From assembly GCF_030656255.1 (NCBI RefSeq), contig NZ_JAUSOE010000030.1, forward strand, positions 8,319 to 72,318: DNA of 64,000 nucleotides, written 5' to 3'. The DNA is from Brevundimonas sp. (lineage in GTDB: Bacteria; Pseudomonadota; Alphaproteobacteria; Caulobacterales; Caulobacteraceae). A program made the translations under genes and the position numbers. The notes beneath the pieces were generated by a model. That model was not told where the DNA came from, did not search any database, and saw only the letters and a list, made by a program, of their open reading frames with translations. Shown here piece after piece: positions 41,786 to 52,728 of the stretch (the stretch's first letter is position 1; every line of letters starts with the position of its first letter).

Positions 41786-43405
41786 TTAGGCGCGGTCGGC
41801 CCGGCCCCAGCGCTGGTAGAGATTGTAGCCCGACACCCCGACGCAGGCGAGGGCGATGACGGCGAGCACCCAGCCGATCAGGAGGGTTTCGTCGCTCGAG
41901 CGGGATGACTGGCGGAAGGCGGCCATGGCCGCGCCGAACGATAGCATGCCGATGCCGCCCATCACCAGAAAGGTTGCGGTTTCGCTCCAGCTGGCCTGCT
42001 GAGCGGGGGGCGTGGCCGGAGCATAATCGACAGGAGCCTCTTCATCGGTCGCTGAACTCTCCTCCGTCCCGAACAGAGGCGCCTGGTCCGGATCGGCAGT
42101 CTCCGTGTTCTCGGGCCATGCGACGCGGGCGTTCGACGGTTCCTGGGGCGAGACAGGGTCAGCCGTCAGTTCAAGCGGGACCGGCTCCAGCGGCTGTTCG
42201 GCGGCGGCGAACACCGGGACTTCGACCGCCTGTTCGGCGATCAGTTGCGACGGTTCAACCGTCTCAGGCGCGTCTTCTGAAGTCGCAGGCTCTACCACCG
42301 GCTCGGGCGGGGAAACGTCTTCACTCGCGCCCGCTGAATCGTTGGGTGACGAGTCTGGCAGGGCCGGGGTCGGAGCGAATGAAATCTCGACGGCGCGATC
42401 TTCCGTCGTGTCGACCTCGACCTGTTGCGCAGCGACGTCGTTGGCGGCTGTGGCGGGCGCATCCGGCTTTGCGTTCAGGCGTCCCGTTCCAAAGCCCAGC
42501 AGCGGGCCATCGGCGCGCACGGCGTAGGGGGAGTAGAAGGCTGCGACGCTGGCCGTCGCTTCGGGCTGAGGCGCGGAAGTCGCAGGGCGCGGCTCCGATT
42601 CTGTCTCCGGTTCGGCCTCTTTGGCGGCGTCGGTCTCGATCAGAACGTCCGGGGTCGATTCCCCTTCGGCAGGCGGCGTCTCTTCGATGATGACGGGACG
42701 CTGGTCTTCGTGCTCGCCCAGAAGAACAGCGACGGCGGCCGCTGTCGTTAGGGTCGCCGACGGCAAGGCGGGAAAGGGCGCGACATCCGTGTTTTCAAAC
42801 GCGACCGCCTCTGCCGACGGCTCCGGTTCGACGGTGCGCTCCACGAGGGTGGCGGTCACCGGCGGCAGGGGGGCGGCGAGAAGGTCGGCCAGCGAAACCG
42901 GCGCGTCGGGATTGGCGACGAACAGGGCGCGTTCGGCGGCGCGGCGGCGCGGCGGCGCGACGACCGCGTTGTCGTCCGTCCAGGCCAACAGGGCCTCGGC
43001 GGCTTCGTCGGACGCGCCGGCGTTCAATCGGGCCAGGACGTCGGAGGTCGTGAAGCGATCAACCCCCACCGAGAAGGCGAAACTGGCCAGGGCGTCGAAC
43101 TGATGCTGGTTCAGCGGGGCCTGGACGGAGGCGATGGCACGCACCACCGGGATCAGGTCGTACTGCAGCAGCAGTTCGGCGTCGCTCTCTGACACGCTCA
43201 GCCCTTCGCGGGCGGAACGGGTATGGCCATAGCCGATCATCCAGCGACCGTCGGCGCGCTGAACGGCCCGGGGGCGGAAACCCTCGAAGCTCTTGATCAG
43301 AATGACCCCCTCGCGGGAAATCTTGGTTGGTTTCGGCGTGTCAGACACAGGTGTTGCCCCAAAGCGAGACGGCGGCGCGGCCCAGGGCCACGTCTCAGCA
43401 AACAT
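41786..43405 (-). CDS. GH24 lysozyme-like domain, long acidic Pro/Ala/Glu linker and C-terminal double TM anchor
   Basis: [34 protein letters not shown]...[16 protein letters not shown] (T4-lysozyme-like Glu/Asp motif). About 250 aa are low complexity. The C-terminal helices are [22 protein letters not shown] and [20 protein letters not shown]. There is no N-terminal signal peptide. Confidence 0.7.
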   Translation of the reverse strand: MFAETWPWAAPPSRFGATPVSDTPKPTKISREGVILIKSFEGFRPRAVQRADGRWMIGYGHTRSAREGLSVSESDAELLLQYDLIPVVRAIASVQAPLNQHQFDALASFAFSVGVDRFTTSDVLARLNAGASDEAAEALLAWTDDNAVVAPPRRRAAERALFVANPDAPVSLADLLAAPLPPVTATLVERTVEPEPSAEAVAFENTDVAPFPALPSATLTTAAAVAVLLGEHEDQRPVIIEETPPAEGESTPDVLIETDAAKEAEPETESEPRPATSAPQPEATASVAAFYSPYAVRADGPLLGFGTGRLNAKPDAPATAANDVAAQQVEVDTTEDRAVEISFAPTPALPDSSPNDSAGASEDVSPPEPVVEPATSEDAPETVEPSQLIAEQAVEVPVFAAAEQPLEPVPLELTADPVSPQEPSNARVAWPENTETADPDQAPLFGTEESSATDEEAPVDYAPATPPAQQASWSETATFLVMGGIGMLSFGAAMAAFRQSSRSSDETLLIGWVLAVIALACVGVSGYNLYQRWGRADRA

Positions 43406-43417
43406 GGGGCCAGGCTT

Positions 43418-44836
43418 CTACAGCAAAACGATGGTGGCCAGACCGAGGAAAATCAGGAAACCGAAGAAGTCGGTCGTGGCCGTCACGAACACCGCCGACG
43501 ATACGGCGGGGTCGAACTTCAGCTTCGACAGGGTCAGCGGCGTCAGCACGCCGATGCAGGCCGCCACCAGCAGGTTCAGGATCATGGCCGCCCCGATGAC
43601 CAGACCGATCCGCCAGTCCTCGTCGCGGAACCAGAACCCCGCAGCGACCCCGATAAGAGGCGCCAGCACCAGGCCGTTGGCCACGCCGACCGCCAGTTCA
43701 CGCAGGAAGGTGCGCATGGCGTTGGCCGAGTTCAGTTCGCGGGTCGCCAGGGCGCGCACGGTGACGGTCAGGGCCTGGGTCCCGGCGTTGCCGCCGATGG
43801 CCGAGACGATGGGCATCAGCACCGCCAGGGCGACGATCTGCTGGATGGTGGCCTCGAACAGGCCGATGACGCTGGCGCCCAGGGCCGCCGTCGCCAGATT
43901 GATGGCCAGCCAGGGCACACGACCGCGCACGATCTCGGACACGGACGAACCGCGGTCCTCGTCGGCGACGCCGGCCAGGCGAAGGATGTCCTCGCGGTTT
44001 TCTTCCTGAATGATGTTGACGATGTCATCGACGGTGATCTGACCCACCAGCCGACCGCCCGCATCGACGACCGGGGCCGAGATCAGGTGATATTTCTCGA
44101 AGATGTAGGCGACCTCTTCCTGATCCTGATCGACGGCGATCACATTGATCGGCTCCATCAGTTCGGACAGGGCGGCGCTGCGTGGCGCACGCAGCAGGCT
44201 GCTGATCGGCACGCCGCCGACCGGGCGGTTCAGCGGATCGACCACATAGATGTCGAAGAAAAGTTCGGGCAGGTCGTCGCCCTGTTTGCGGATGTGGTCG
44301 ATGGTGTCGCCCACGCTCCAGAACTGGGGCGCGGCCATGACCTCGCGCTGCATCAGGCGGCCGGCGGACTCCTCGTCATAGCCGAGGCTGCTCTCGATCG
44401 CCGCGCGGTCGACGTCGGGCATGGCGGCCAGGACGCGTTCGCGCTGATCGTCCTCAAGGTCCTCGACCACGGCGGCGGCGTCGTCGGAATCCAGTTCCTG
44501 CAGGGCCTCGGCCAGGGTTCCGTGCGGCACCCGCTCCAGCACCTCTTCACGGATGCTGTCGTCCAGCTCGGGCAGGGTCTCGGCCAGCAGTTCCGGCGGC
44601 AGCCAGAGCACCACGACGGCGCGGTGTTCCGACGTCAGGAAGCCCATCAGGTCGGCGACGTCGGCGGGGTGCAGATCCTCCAGCAGCGACCGCAGCCGCA
44701 TGCCGTCGCCGTCGTCGGCGGCGTCCACGACTTTCTCGACGAATTGAGGGGTGAGGACATAGTCCTCGTCCAGGGCGGCGTGGTCTTCGTTATCAGGCGC
44801 TTCGGCTGGAGCGAAGGCGGAGTCCGTGGTGTTCAC
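43418..44836 (-). CDS. mgtE: Magnesium transporter MgtE
   Basis: N-domain, tandem CBS domains and the TM domain ...LAVLMPIVSAIGGNAGTQALTVTVRALA... GTG start with an AAGGGAGG RBS. Confidence 0.9.
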   Translation of the reverse strand: MNTTDSAFAPAEAPDNEDHAALDEDYVLTPQFVEKVVDAADDGDGMRLRSLLEDLHPADVADLMGFLTSEHRAVVVLWLPPELLAETLPELDDSIREEVLERVPHGTLAEALQELDSDDAAAVVEDLEDDQRERVLAAMPDVDRAAIESSLGYDEESAGRLMQREVMAAPQFWSVGDTIDHIRKQGDDLPELFFDIYVVDPLNRPVGGVPISSLLRAPRSAALSELMEPINVIAVDQDQEEVAYIFEKYHLISAPVVDAGGRLVGQITVDDIVNIIQEENREDILRLAGVADEDRGSSVSEIVRGRVPWLAINLATAALGASVIGLFEATIQQIVALAVLMPIVSAIGGNAGTQALTVTVRALATRELNSANAMRTFLRELAVGVANGLVLAPLIGVAAGFWFRDEDWRIGLVIGAAMILNLLVAACIGVLTPLTLSKLKFDPAVSSAVFVTATTDFFGFLIFLGLATIVLL

Positions 44837-44898
44837 GTGGTCGCCTCCCTTGGTATGTCCAGCCGTAGTTAGCCGATGAATCGCCCTGTTTAGCCAGA

Positions 44899-44983
44899 TG
44901 GTGCGGTCGAGAAGACTCGAACTTCCACGGGTTGCCCCACAGCGACCTCAACGCTGCGCGTCTACCAATTCCGCCACGACCGC
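44899..44983 (-). tRNA. tRNA-Leu (anticodon GAG)
   Basis: The reverse complement is GCGGTCGTGGCGGAATTGGTAGACGCGCAGCGTTGAGGTCGCTG...GTTCGAGTCTTCTCGACCGCACCA. Confidence 0.95.
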
Positions 44984-45080
44984 TCGCATCGGAGCGGCGG
45001 CGAATAGACGAAGCCGCCGGAAAAGGAAAGGCTCTCTTTTCAGCCGTGTCGCGCTTTTTGCGTTTCGGCTGGTGGAAGCG

Positions 45081-45332
45081 TCAGGCCGAACCCGCCATGA
45101 AGTCGTAGAGGTCGGCCGGGCGGGTCACGGTGATGGCGATCCGGTCGTCGCGAATCTCGATCTCGCCGCGCGCGACGGGGTGATTGTTCGCCAGAATCCA
45201 GACCTCGTCGCCTTCCGAGGCGTCCAGCGGAATCACCGCGCCCCGACCCATGCGCAGCAGTTGCGACATCGGCAGCACCATACGGCCCAGCACCACTGAG
45301 ATTTCGACGTCGACGGCGTTGATTTGGGACAC
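45081..45332 (-). CDS. fliN: Flagellar motor switch protein FliN (short SpoA-domain form)
   Basis: VDVEISVVLGRMVLPMSQLLRMGRGAVIPLDASEGDEVWILANNHPVARGEIEIRDDRIAITV is the FliN/SpoA C-terminal domain. Confidence 0.75.
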   Translation of the reverse strand: MSQINAVDVEISVVLGRMVLPMSQLLRMGRGAVIPLDASEGDEVWILANNHPVARGEIEIRDDRIAITVTRPADLYDFMAGSA

Positions 45333-45397
45333 GGGCGCTCTCGTTCACTATGAGGTCGTCCCTTGCGGAAACGCCTCAAGCTGCACATTGAAGCCTT

Positions 45398-46114
45398 ATG
45401 CTTGCCGAGCCGTTAAGTCCTGAACTTCAAAAGCTGCGTCGCGACGATGATCGCCCTGTCGAATGGGCCGTCGCGACCCGCCCGGTCGATTACGCCGTCG
45501 CCGAGGCCTTCATGGAAGCGCGTGTCGCCGCCATTGCGGCGGGGGAGGCGGGCGAGATGGTCTGGCTGCTGGAACATCCGCCCCTCTATACCGCCGGGGT
45601 GTCGGCGCGGGACGAAGACCTGCTCGACGCCGGCCGCTTCCCGGTTCACCGGACGGGACGGGGCGGGCAGTTCACCTATCATGGGCCGGGCCAGCGGGTG
45701 GCCTATGTCATGCTGGACCTGAACCGGCGCGGCCGCGACGTGCGCGCTTTCGTCAGGGGGCTGGAGCAATGGCTGATCGGCGGGCTGGCCCAGTTCGGCG
45801 TCACGGCCGACGTGCGCGAGGGACGGGTCGGGGTCTGGGTCGAGCGCAAGGGCGCGGGCTGGTCGCGCGAGGACAAGATCGCCGCCATCGGCGTCAAGGT
45901 GCGCAAATGGGTCAGCTTCCACGGCGTCAGCCTGAACGTCGAGCCGGACCTGGATCATTTCGGCGGCATCGTGCCCTGCGGAATTCAGGAGCATGGTGTC
46001 ACCAGTCTGGTCGATCTGGGCGTTCTGGCCACCATGGACGAGGCGGACGCGGCGCTGAAGACCAGTTTTCATCGCCTGTTCGGCGCGACCGTGGAAGCGG
46101 CTTCGCCGCTTTGA
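45398..46114 (+). CDS. lipB: Lipoyl(octanoyl) transferase
   Basis: [22 protein letters not shown]...[26 protein letters not shown]...[22 protein letters not shown] is the LipB signature. Confidence 0.9.
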   Translation: MLAEPLSPELQKLRRDDDRPVEWAVATRPVDYAVAEAFMEARVAAIAAGEAGEMVWLLEHPPLYTAGVSARDEDLLDAGRFPVHRTGRGGQFTYHGPGQRVAYVMLDLNRRGRDVRAFVRGLEQWLIGGLAQFGVTADVREGRVGVWVERKGAGWSREDKIAAIGVKVRKWVSFHGVSLNVEPDLDHFGGIVPCGIQEHGVTSLVDLGVLATMDEADAALKTSFHRLFGATVEAASPL

Positions 46115-46239
46115 CCTGCGCCGCTTCGCCGCAATCGGTATGACATTTGGGCGAAAGGACGGCGGCGGGGGTTGGCAAGCGTGGGAGGCATAAGGTTTAA
46201 CGGCGGCGCCAAGCTTATCGTCCAAGCCCAGGAGCCTCC

Positions 46240-47724
46240 ATGAACCGCCTGATCGCCGCCGCCTCGGCCGCCGTCGTGTCCCTGACACTGGCCGCCGGCG
46301 CCGCCTCCGCCCAGGATTTCCGCGCCCTCGCGCAGCAGGACCTGCAGACGGTCCATGACGTCCTGGCCGCCAACCACCCCGCCGCCGTCGTGCCCGGCGC
46401 GCCGGGCGAGGCCTTCCGGGCCTGGATCGACACCGGCTTGGCCGACGCCCAGAGCAAGGCCGGTCGCGTCAACAGCGGCGACAGCCACGCCTATCTGCTG
46501 CGCTATTACGCCAACGGCTTCCGCGATTCGAACATCGCGACCCGCCCGACCTATGAGGGTCTGGGTCCCTATTTCGCCATCGGCTGGCCGGGTCTGACGA
46601 CGGCCTGGCGCAACGGCGAATATGTGGTCTCCTATGTGAAGCCCGGCGTACGCAGCCTTCCGCCGGTCGGCTCGACCCTGGTGAAATGCGGCGACAAGAC
46701 TGCGGCGCAACTGGCCGACGAACGCCTGGACCGTTGGGAAGGCGATCTGACGACCGAGGCCGGCCGCGTCCGCACGGCGCCCTATCTTCTGTGGAACCGC
46801 AACAATCCGCTGACCAGCGGCGTGCCGTCGCTCTGCACCTTCAAGGTCGGCCGTCGGGAGCGCGAGTTCCAGATGCAGCCGCAACCCGCCGAGGCCGGGG
46901 CGCTGGAAGCCGCCTATCGCGCCACCGTCTATATGCCCCCGGCCAATCCCCTGGCGATCGAGACGGTCAACGGCCGTCCCTGGATCCACGTCCATAGTCT
47001 GGCGGACGAAGCGGGCTGGGACGCCTTCTATGCTGCGGTCGAGGGCCAACTGGCCGCCCTCCGCGGGCCACAGGGCTTCGTCATCGACCTGCGGGGCGCC
47101 AATGGCGCGTCGCTGAACGCGACGGGCCGGGGCTATGGCCTGGCCAACCGGATCTGGACGCCCGAGTTCACCGTCAGCCGCCAGCCCGAGGCCGGCTCCA
47201 TCACCTATCGCGCCACCCCGACCAACCGTCAGTGGTTCGTCGACACCCTGAACCGGATGCAGGCCGATCCGCGCTTCGTGCAGGAGTCGGGCGCGGTCAT
47301 CGAGCAGACCCAGGCCATCGTCGCCGCCTTTGATTCGGCCCTGGCCGCCAATCAGGCCACCTTCACCCTGCCGGGCCGCCCGTCGGTCGCGGACACCGGC
47401 ACGGCCAATCCGGTCGCCGGTCCGGTGATCGTTCTGGTGGACGGCGGCTGCACCAGCGGCTGCCTGGACACGCTGGACCTGCTGACCCGTCTGCCGAACG
47501 TGCGCCTGGCCGGTTCGGTGACGGCCGAGGACTCGATCTTCATCGAGCCGACCGTCCTGCGCCTGCCGTCGAACTATGCGGACCTCAGCTATGGCCACAA
47601 GGCCTGGATGACCCGCCAGCGCGGCAATGACATGCCCTTCACCCCGGTCCAGGGCCTGGCCTACACCGGCGATCCGACCGACGAGACCGCCGTCCGCGCC
47701 TGGGTGGGAAGCCTGTTCCAGTAA
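46240..47724 (+). CDS. Secreted S41-like peptidase family protein
   Basis: Signal peptide ...LAAGAASAQ. FVIDLRGANGAS and PVIVLVDGGCTSGCLD resemble the S41 motifs (IDLRxNxGG; VLxDxxTxSxxE). The assignment is tentative. Confidence 0.45.
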   Translation: MNRLIAAASAAVVSLTLAAGAASAQDFRALAQQDLQTVHDVLAANHPAAVVPGAPGEAFRAWIDTGLADAQSKAGRVNSGDSHAYLLRYYANGFRDSNIATRPTYEGLGPYFAIGWPGLTTAWRNGEYVVSYVKPGVRSLPPVGSTLVKCGDKTAAQLADERLDRWEGDLTTEAGRVRTAPYLLWNRNNPLTSGVPSLCTFKVGRREREFQMQPQPAEAGALEAAYRATVYMPPANPLAIETVNGRPWIHVHSLADEAGWDAFYAAVEGQLAALRGPQGFVIDLRGANGASLNATGRGYGLANRIWTPEFTVSRQPEAGSITYRATPTNRQWFVDTLNRMQADPRFVQESGAVIEQTQAIVAAFDSALAANQATFTLPGRPSVADTGTANPVAGPVIVLVDGGCTSGCLDTLDLLTRLPNVRLAGSVTAEDSIFIEPTVLRLPSNYADLSYGHKAWMTRQRGNDMPFTPVQGLAYTGDPTDETAVRAWVGSLFQ

Positions 47725-47799
47725 AAAACGTCCCGATCGAACGGGCTGTGGGGGCGGGCAGGGGTGGAACCTCGGCCCGCCCCTTCTTATTTGGAGGTC

Positions 47800-48294
47800 A
47801 TGACCGATCTCGCCCCCCCGTCCGACCGCCTGCGCTCGCCCTCGGGCTATGACCTGACTCCGCCGGATGACGCTGAACGCGCCCGGCTGGAAGCCGACCT
47901 GAACCCCGAGGAGAAGCGCGTCCTGCTGTCGCACGGCACCGAGGCGCCCTTCTGCGGCACCCTGCTGGGTGAGAAGCGGGCGGGGGTCTTCTGCTGCCGC
48001 GAATGCGGCCTGCCCCTGTTCCGCAGCCGCACCAAGTTCGAGAGCGGCACCGGCTGGCCCAGCTTCACCGAGCCGGTCGATCCGGCCCATGTCCACGAAA
48101 TCCGCGACACCAGCTACGGCATGGTCCGCATCGAGACCCAGTGCGCCCGCTGCGGCAGCCACCAGGGCCACGTCTTCCCCGACGGCCCGCCGCCGACCGG
48201 AAACCGCTATTGCATCAACTCGGTGGCCCTGTCCTTCGTGGCCGAGGGCGAGCGCCTGTCGGATCCGTTGCATCGCGGCGACGGCGACGCCTGA
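47800..48294 (+). CDS. msrB: Peptide-methionine (R)-S-oxide reductase
   Basis: [32 protein letters not shown]...[35 protein letters not shown] at 47800 after GGAGG. Confidence 0.9.
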   Translation: MTDLAPPSDRLRSPSGYDLTPPDDAERARLEADLNPEEKRVLLSHGTEAPFCGTLLGEKRAGVFCCRECGLPLFRSRTKFESGTGWPSFTEPVDPAHVHEIRDTSYGMVRIETQCARCGSHQGHVFPDGPPPTGNRYCINSVALSFVAEGERLSDPLHRGDGDA

Positions 48295-48342
48295 CCTTGG
48301 CCGCATTCGCTGTGCTAGGATGATTTTGAACGGAGGCGGCGC

Positions 48343-48942
48343 ATGCTGATCGCAGGACTCTTGGCGGGTATGGCTCTGACGATGTCGGGGGCGATGTCGG
48401 GTGGCGATCCCGACGGCGTGGTCACCACCGCGCCATCCAACGCCCCGACCCTGGCCCAGGCCATGGCCGCCGCGCCCGAGGCCGCCGTCGCCGCCCCCAC
48501 GGCCCAGGACGCTACGCCCCACGGCCTGACCACCGAACAGCAGATCCAGCACTGGATCGACAGCCGCACCCCCGGCGCCAGCTTCGACGAAGCCTCCGCG
48601 CCGGGTCCACAGGATGACCGCCAGATGCACGGCATGGTCGAGGCCGGCATCGGCACCGGCGGCTACCGCAGCTATGGCGCGGCGGTGTCCCTGCCGGTCG
48701 GCGAGAACGGCCGTCTGGACCTGGCCTATCGCGAGGGCCGCAACCAGCCCTGGGGCTATGGCTATGGCGGCGGATACGGCCTGCGCGGGCCGGGCTACTA
48801 CGCGCCCCACGGCGGCTGGTCCGGCCGCGGCTACGGCGCCGATTCGACCAGCAAGTCGCTGTCGCTAGGCTTCAGCTGGAGCAAGGATGACGATGCTGAA
48901 GACCGCGATCCGTGGCGGCGGGGGCTGTCGGCCTACGACTGA
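48343..48942 (+). CDS. Hypothetical secreted Gly/Tyr-rich protein
   Basis: N-terminal hydrophobic segment and a C-terminal GYGYGGGYGLRGPGYYAPHGGWSGRGYG. No family was recognised. Confidence 0.4.
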   Translation: MLIAGLLAGMALTMSGAMSGGDPDGVVTTAPSNAPTLAQAMAAAPEAAVAAPTAQDATPHGLTTEQQIQHWIDSRTPGASFDEASAPGPQDDRQMHGMVEAGIGTGGYRSYGAAVSLPVGENGRLDLAYREGRNQPWGYGYGGGYGLRGPGYYAPHGGWSGRGYGADSTSKSLSLGFSWSKDDDAEDRDPWRRGLSAYD

Positions 48943-49016
48943 CGCGGCTATCGCATCGTCCAGTTTTAGGCTGAGCGCCGAGGTCGCAAATCGACCCATA
49001 GCGGACCTTAAAAGCC

Positions 49017-49463
49017 TCACTCGATTAGTGTCGTGTCCATAAAATCGAAGCGTGCAGTCTGGCCGCTCTCGGTTGAAAACGTCGCAGAGAATAACTCCGG
49101 ATCTAATCGAACCCTGACCCCTTCGTGTGTCATTCGACGCAATGCATCCAAACGCATGGGGTCACGGACATTGCATTGATCTTGAGGCGCCCGAGCAGCC
49201 ATTCGTTCGTTGCTGATCAAGACGCCGCGCTTCTCATCCAAGCGACCGCTATCGCCGCAGTCAATATACAGTTGATAGCCCGTGAACGTCAGGGCGTCAG
49301 GGTTTATGCCTTTGAGATGTAGCTCGATATTCGAGCCTACCGTCGGCTCGCCGTTTATCTCAACAGGGTACCAGTAGCCGATAAGCGAGGGCGCAGAAGG
49401 GTCTCTAACCCAGCCGCAACTCGCGATCCCGAAAGACGCCAGCATGATCAGCGCCAATTTCAT
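49017..49463 (-). CDS. Hypothetical lipoprotein (lower G+C than its neighbours)
   Basis: Start at MKLALIMLASFGIASC (lipobox), internal to track ORF 49017..49517. No family was recognised with confidence. Confidence 0.45.
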   Translation of the reverse strand: MKLALIMLASFGIASCGWVRDPSAPSLIGYWYPVEINGEPTVGSNIELHLKGINPDALTFTGYQLYIDCGDSGRLDEKRGVLISNERMAARAPQDQCNVRDPMRLDALRRMTHEGVRVRLDPELFSATFSTESGQTARFDFMDTTLIE

Positions 49464-49588
49464 GGCGCTCGCGGTCATCGTACAGGGGCGATCTGTGCAT
49501 TCAGCGCCGTCGGACATACGGGAAACTTAGCATGCCCATGTCCGCTTTCCACCCTAAGCTGACGTTCTCGACGTCCGTTCCTACACCT

Positions 49589-50887
49589 CTAGACCAACCC
49601 CTCCGCCAGATCGCCCGTCTTCCGAACGAACAGCCATCCCACGGTCGTCGCGGCGAAGAAGGCCAGGGCGATGCCCAGGAAGGTCCAGCCCGACATCACG
49701 ACCGCCCAGCCGCAGAAGCTCAGCCCGCCCAGAGCGGCCAGGCGCGCGGGCCAGCGGTCGCTGAACCGGAACAGGGCGGCGCAGCACAGGCCGTAGACGA
49801 CCAGGAACAGCACGGTGGTCGCGCCGATCAGCAGGCTGAACTGGCCGGCCAGGCGCGGCTGGGCGCTGATCAGCACCATCAGGGTCATCAGGCCGCCGTG
49901 GATCGGCGGATTGGCGGGCGGGGTCAGGGCGCCTCGGCCGAAGATGCGAGGCAGGAAGCCCTGACGGGCCCCGGCGCGGGCGGTCTCGCCGGTCGGCATC
50001 ATCCAGCCGCCCAGGGTGCCCAGGGTCTTGGCGATGGCGCAGACGGCGACGAAGCCCGCCGCGCCGCCGCCGATCACCCGTGCGGCCACATCGGCGAAGG
50101 GGCTGCTGGATTTCGCCAGTTCAGCCGCCGGAATCACCCCGAAGATGGCCGCGCTGACCGCAATATAGATGACCGCCGCCAGGCCGACCCCGGCGAAGGT
50201 GGCGCGGCCGACGTCGCGCTCGGGATTCTTAAGCCGCTGGGCCACGACCCCGGCGCTCTCGAAGCCGAGGAAGGCCCAGAAGATCAGGGCCATCGAGGCG
50301 GGAACGCTGGCCACCAGCCCCGCGCCGTCCGGCGACCAGGAGGCGGCGAAAATCTGGGGATCGAAGGCCATTGCGCCGGCGACGGCGGCGATGGCCAGGG
50401 GAATCAGGCCGATCCCCAGCGACAGGCCGCCGAAACGCGCCACCGCGCGCGGTCCGGCCATATAGAGGAAGGTAGTCAGCCACAGCAGGGCGATATTGCA
50501 GATCACGCTGGGCCAGCGTTCCGCCAGCACGGGGAAGAAATGCGCCAGATAGCCGGTGGGGGCCACGGCGATGGCGACATTGCCCAGCCAGTTGCCGACC
50601 CAATAGCCGATCGAGGCCTGATAGCCGAAGAATCGACCCAGTCCCTGTTCGGCATAGCCCGACAGGCCGTCGGCGGCGGGCAGCCTGCGCCCCAGGCCCG
50701 CGAAGACCCCGGCCAGCAGCAGGGCGCCGACGGCGGCCACGACCCAGCCGACCATGCTGGAACTGCCGACCGACGCCAGGGAGGCCGGCAGCAGATAGAC
50801 CCCCGAGCCGATCATGTTTCCGGTGACGAGCAGGGCGGCCAGAACCCAGCCCAGCTTGCGCGGTTCCGTTTTCCGGGTGTCGGTCAT
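49589..50887 (-). CDS. APC-family amino acid permease
   Basis: Start at MTDTRKTEPRKLGWVLAALLVTGNMIGSGVYLLPASLA (APC signature), with about 12 TM segments. The longer track ORF would run into tRNA-Thr. Confidence 0.85.
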   Translation of the reverse strand: MTDTRKTEPRKLGWVLAALLVTGNMIGSGVYLLPASLASVGSSSMVGWVVAAVGALLLAGVFAGLGRRLPAADGLSGYAEQGLGRFFGYQASIGYWVGNWLGNVAIAVAPTGYLAHFFPVLAERWPSVICNIALLWLTTFLYMAGPRAVARFGGLSLGIGLIPLAIAAVAGAMAFDPQIFAASWSPDGAGLVASVPASMALIFWAFLGFESAGVVAQRLKNPERDVGRATFAGVGLAAVIYIAVSAAIFGVIPAAELAKSSSPFADVAARVIGGGAAGFVAVCAIAKTLGTLGGWMMPTGETARAGARQGFLPRIFGRGALTPPANPPIHGGLMTLMVLISAQPRLAGQFSLLIGATTVLFLVVYGLCCAALFRFSDRWPARLAALGGLSFCGWAVVMSGWTFLGIALAFFAATTVGWLFVRKTGDLAEGLV

Positions 50888-50953
50888 GACGGTCGCCTCT
50901 TGATCGCGCATAGCAAAAAGGCCCGACTTGCGCCGGGCCTTTTCAGTCTCAGA

Positions 50954-51028
<75 letters not shown>

Positions 51029-51138
51029 CCCGACTGAGGAAGCGGCCGTATAGCCAGAGGCTTCCGGGGAGGGAAGCGGTTTTTTGATGATCTGAAAGAA
51101 AGTTTGGACACGGCCCCTGATCACGGCATGATCCGGAC

Positions 51139-51333
51139 ATGACTCGCTCCCCGCCTGACGCCGACACGCCGCCCGCCGTTGCTGCGGCCTCGCCCCCCGA
51201 GGTTTCGGCACCGTCCGAGGTCGAGCGGGCCAAGGCGGATCGGGCCATTCGACTGGCCTCGGCCCTGCGCGCCAACCTGAAGCGCCGCAAGGCGCCGGCC
51301 CGCACCCCCGCCGCGCCGAAAGACCGCAACTGA
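51139..51333 (+). CDS. Small hypothetical basic protein
   Basis: A 64-aa ORF with GC-rich third positions. The motif RLASALRANLKRRKA recalls small conserved alphaproteobacterial proteins. Support is weak. Confidence 0.35.
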   Translation: MTRSPPDADTPPAVAAASPPEVSAPSEVERAKADRAIRLASALRANLKRRKAPARTPAAPKDRN

Positions 51334-51435
51334 AAGTCATCGGCCTGCGCCCGTTCCGCCCTTTGGCAAGCGCGCGCCGGCTTGCTAGAGAACCATCCCC
51401 CCGAGGCGTTTCCTTCGGGCGCGCTTAAGGACGTC

Positions 51436-52728
51436 ATGGACAGTATCGCCATTCAGGGCGGCGCCCAGCTTTTCGGGGATATTCCCGTCAGCGGCGCCAA
51501 GAACTCCGCCATCAAGCTGATGGCCGCCTCGATCCTGACGGATCAGCCCTTGCTGCTGACCAATATGCCGCGTCTGGCGGACACCCGGTTCCTGGGGCAA
51601 CTGCTGCGCCAGTTCGGCATTGAAGTGACCGAGCGTGACGGCGCGGACGGGCAGGAGAGCCTGTTCCACGCCAAGGACCTGACCTCGACCTTCGCTCCCT
51701 ATGATCTGGTGCGCCAGATGCGGGCCTCGTTCAATGTGCTGGGGCCCCTGCTGGCGCGGACCGGCGAGGCCAAGGTCTCGCTGCCCGGCGGCTGCACCAT
51801 CGGCGCGCGGCCGGTGGACCTGCACCGCCAGGCCCTGACGGCGCTCGGCGCCGAGATCGAGCTGGACGAGGGCTATGTCACCGCCAAGGCTCCGTCGGGT
51901 CTGAAGGGCGCCGAGATCGAGTTTCCGTTCGTCTCGGTCGGCGCGACCGAACACGCCCTGCTGGCCGCTGTGCTGGCCCAGGGGACGACCGTGCTGCGCC
52001 GCGCCGCGCGCGAGCCGGAGATCGGCGACCTGGCCCGCTGTCTGACCGCCATGGGCGCGAAGATCGAGGGCATAGACACCGACGTCCTGACCATCACCGG
52101 GGTTTCGTCGCTGAACGGCACGACCTGGTCGGTGATTCCCGACCGAATCGAAATGGGCTCCTACGCCGTCGCCGCCGCCATGGCGGGGGGCGAGGTGCGT
52201 CTGACCAAGGCGCGGGCCGAACTGATCGGCGCCCTGACCGACAAGATGATCGAGGCCGGGGTCGAGGTGTCGCCCACCGCCGACGGCGTGTTGATCAAGC
52301 GCGATCCGAAGGTCCGGTTGCAGGCGGTCGATATCGAAACCGCCATCTATCCCGGCTTCGCCACTGACCTGCAGGCCCAGTTCATGGCCCTGATGACCAC
52401 GGCCGACGGGGTCAGCACCGTGCGCGAGACCATTTTCGAGAACCGGTTCATGCATGTGCCGGAGCTGGCGCGGCTGGGGGCCGAGATCTCGGTCCACGCC
52501 GGCGAGGCGCAAGTTCATGGAGTCGAGGTGCTGCACGGCGCCCAGGTGATGGCCACCGATCTGCGGGCCTCCATGTGCCTGGTCATCGCCGGTCTGGTCG
52601 CCGAGGGCGAAACCACGGTCGGCCGCGTCTATCATCTGGATCGCGGTTTCGAGCGTTTGGAAGAAAAGCTGGGCGCGTGCGGCGCCGATATCCGCCGAAT
52701 CAAAAGCCAAGACGATGGGATGGGGTGA
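51436..52728 (+). CDS. murA: UDP-N-acetylglucosamine 1-carboxyvinyltransferase
   Basis: [32 protein letters not shown]...[15 protein letters not shown]...[13 protein letters not shown]. Confidence 0.95.
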   Translation: MDSIAIQGGAQLFGDIPVSGAKNSAIKLMAASILTDQPLLLTNMPRLADTRFLGQLLRQFGIEVTERDGADGQESLFHAKDLTSTFAPYDLVRQMRASFNVLGPLLARTGEAKVSLPGGCTIGARPVDLHRQALTALGAEIELDEGYVTAKAPSGLKGAEIEFPFVSVGATEHALLAAVLAQGTTVLRRAAREPEIGDLARCLTAMGAKIEGIDTDVLTITGVSSLNGTTWSVIPDRIEMGSYAVAAAMAGGEVRLTKARAELIGALTDKMIEAGVEVSPTADGVLIKRDPKVRLQAVDIETAIYPGFATDLQAQFMALMTTADGVSTVRETIFENRFMHVPELARLGAEISVHAGEAQVHGVEVLHGAQVMATDLRASMCLVIAGLVAEGETTVGRVYHLDRGFERLEEKLGACGADIRRIKSQDDGMG

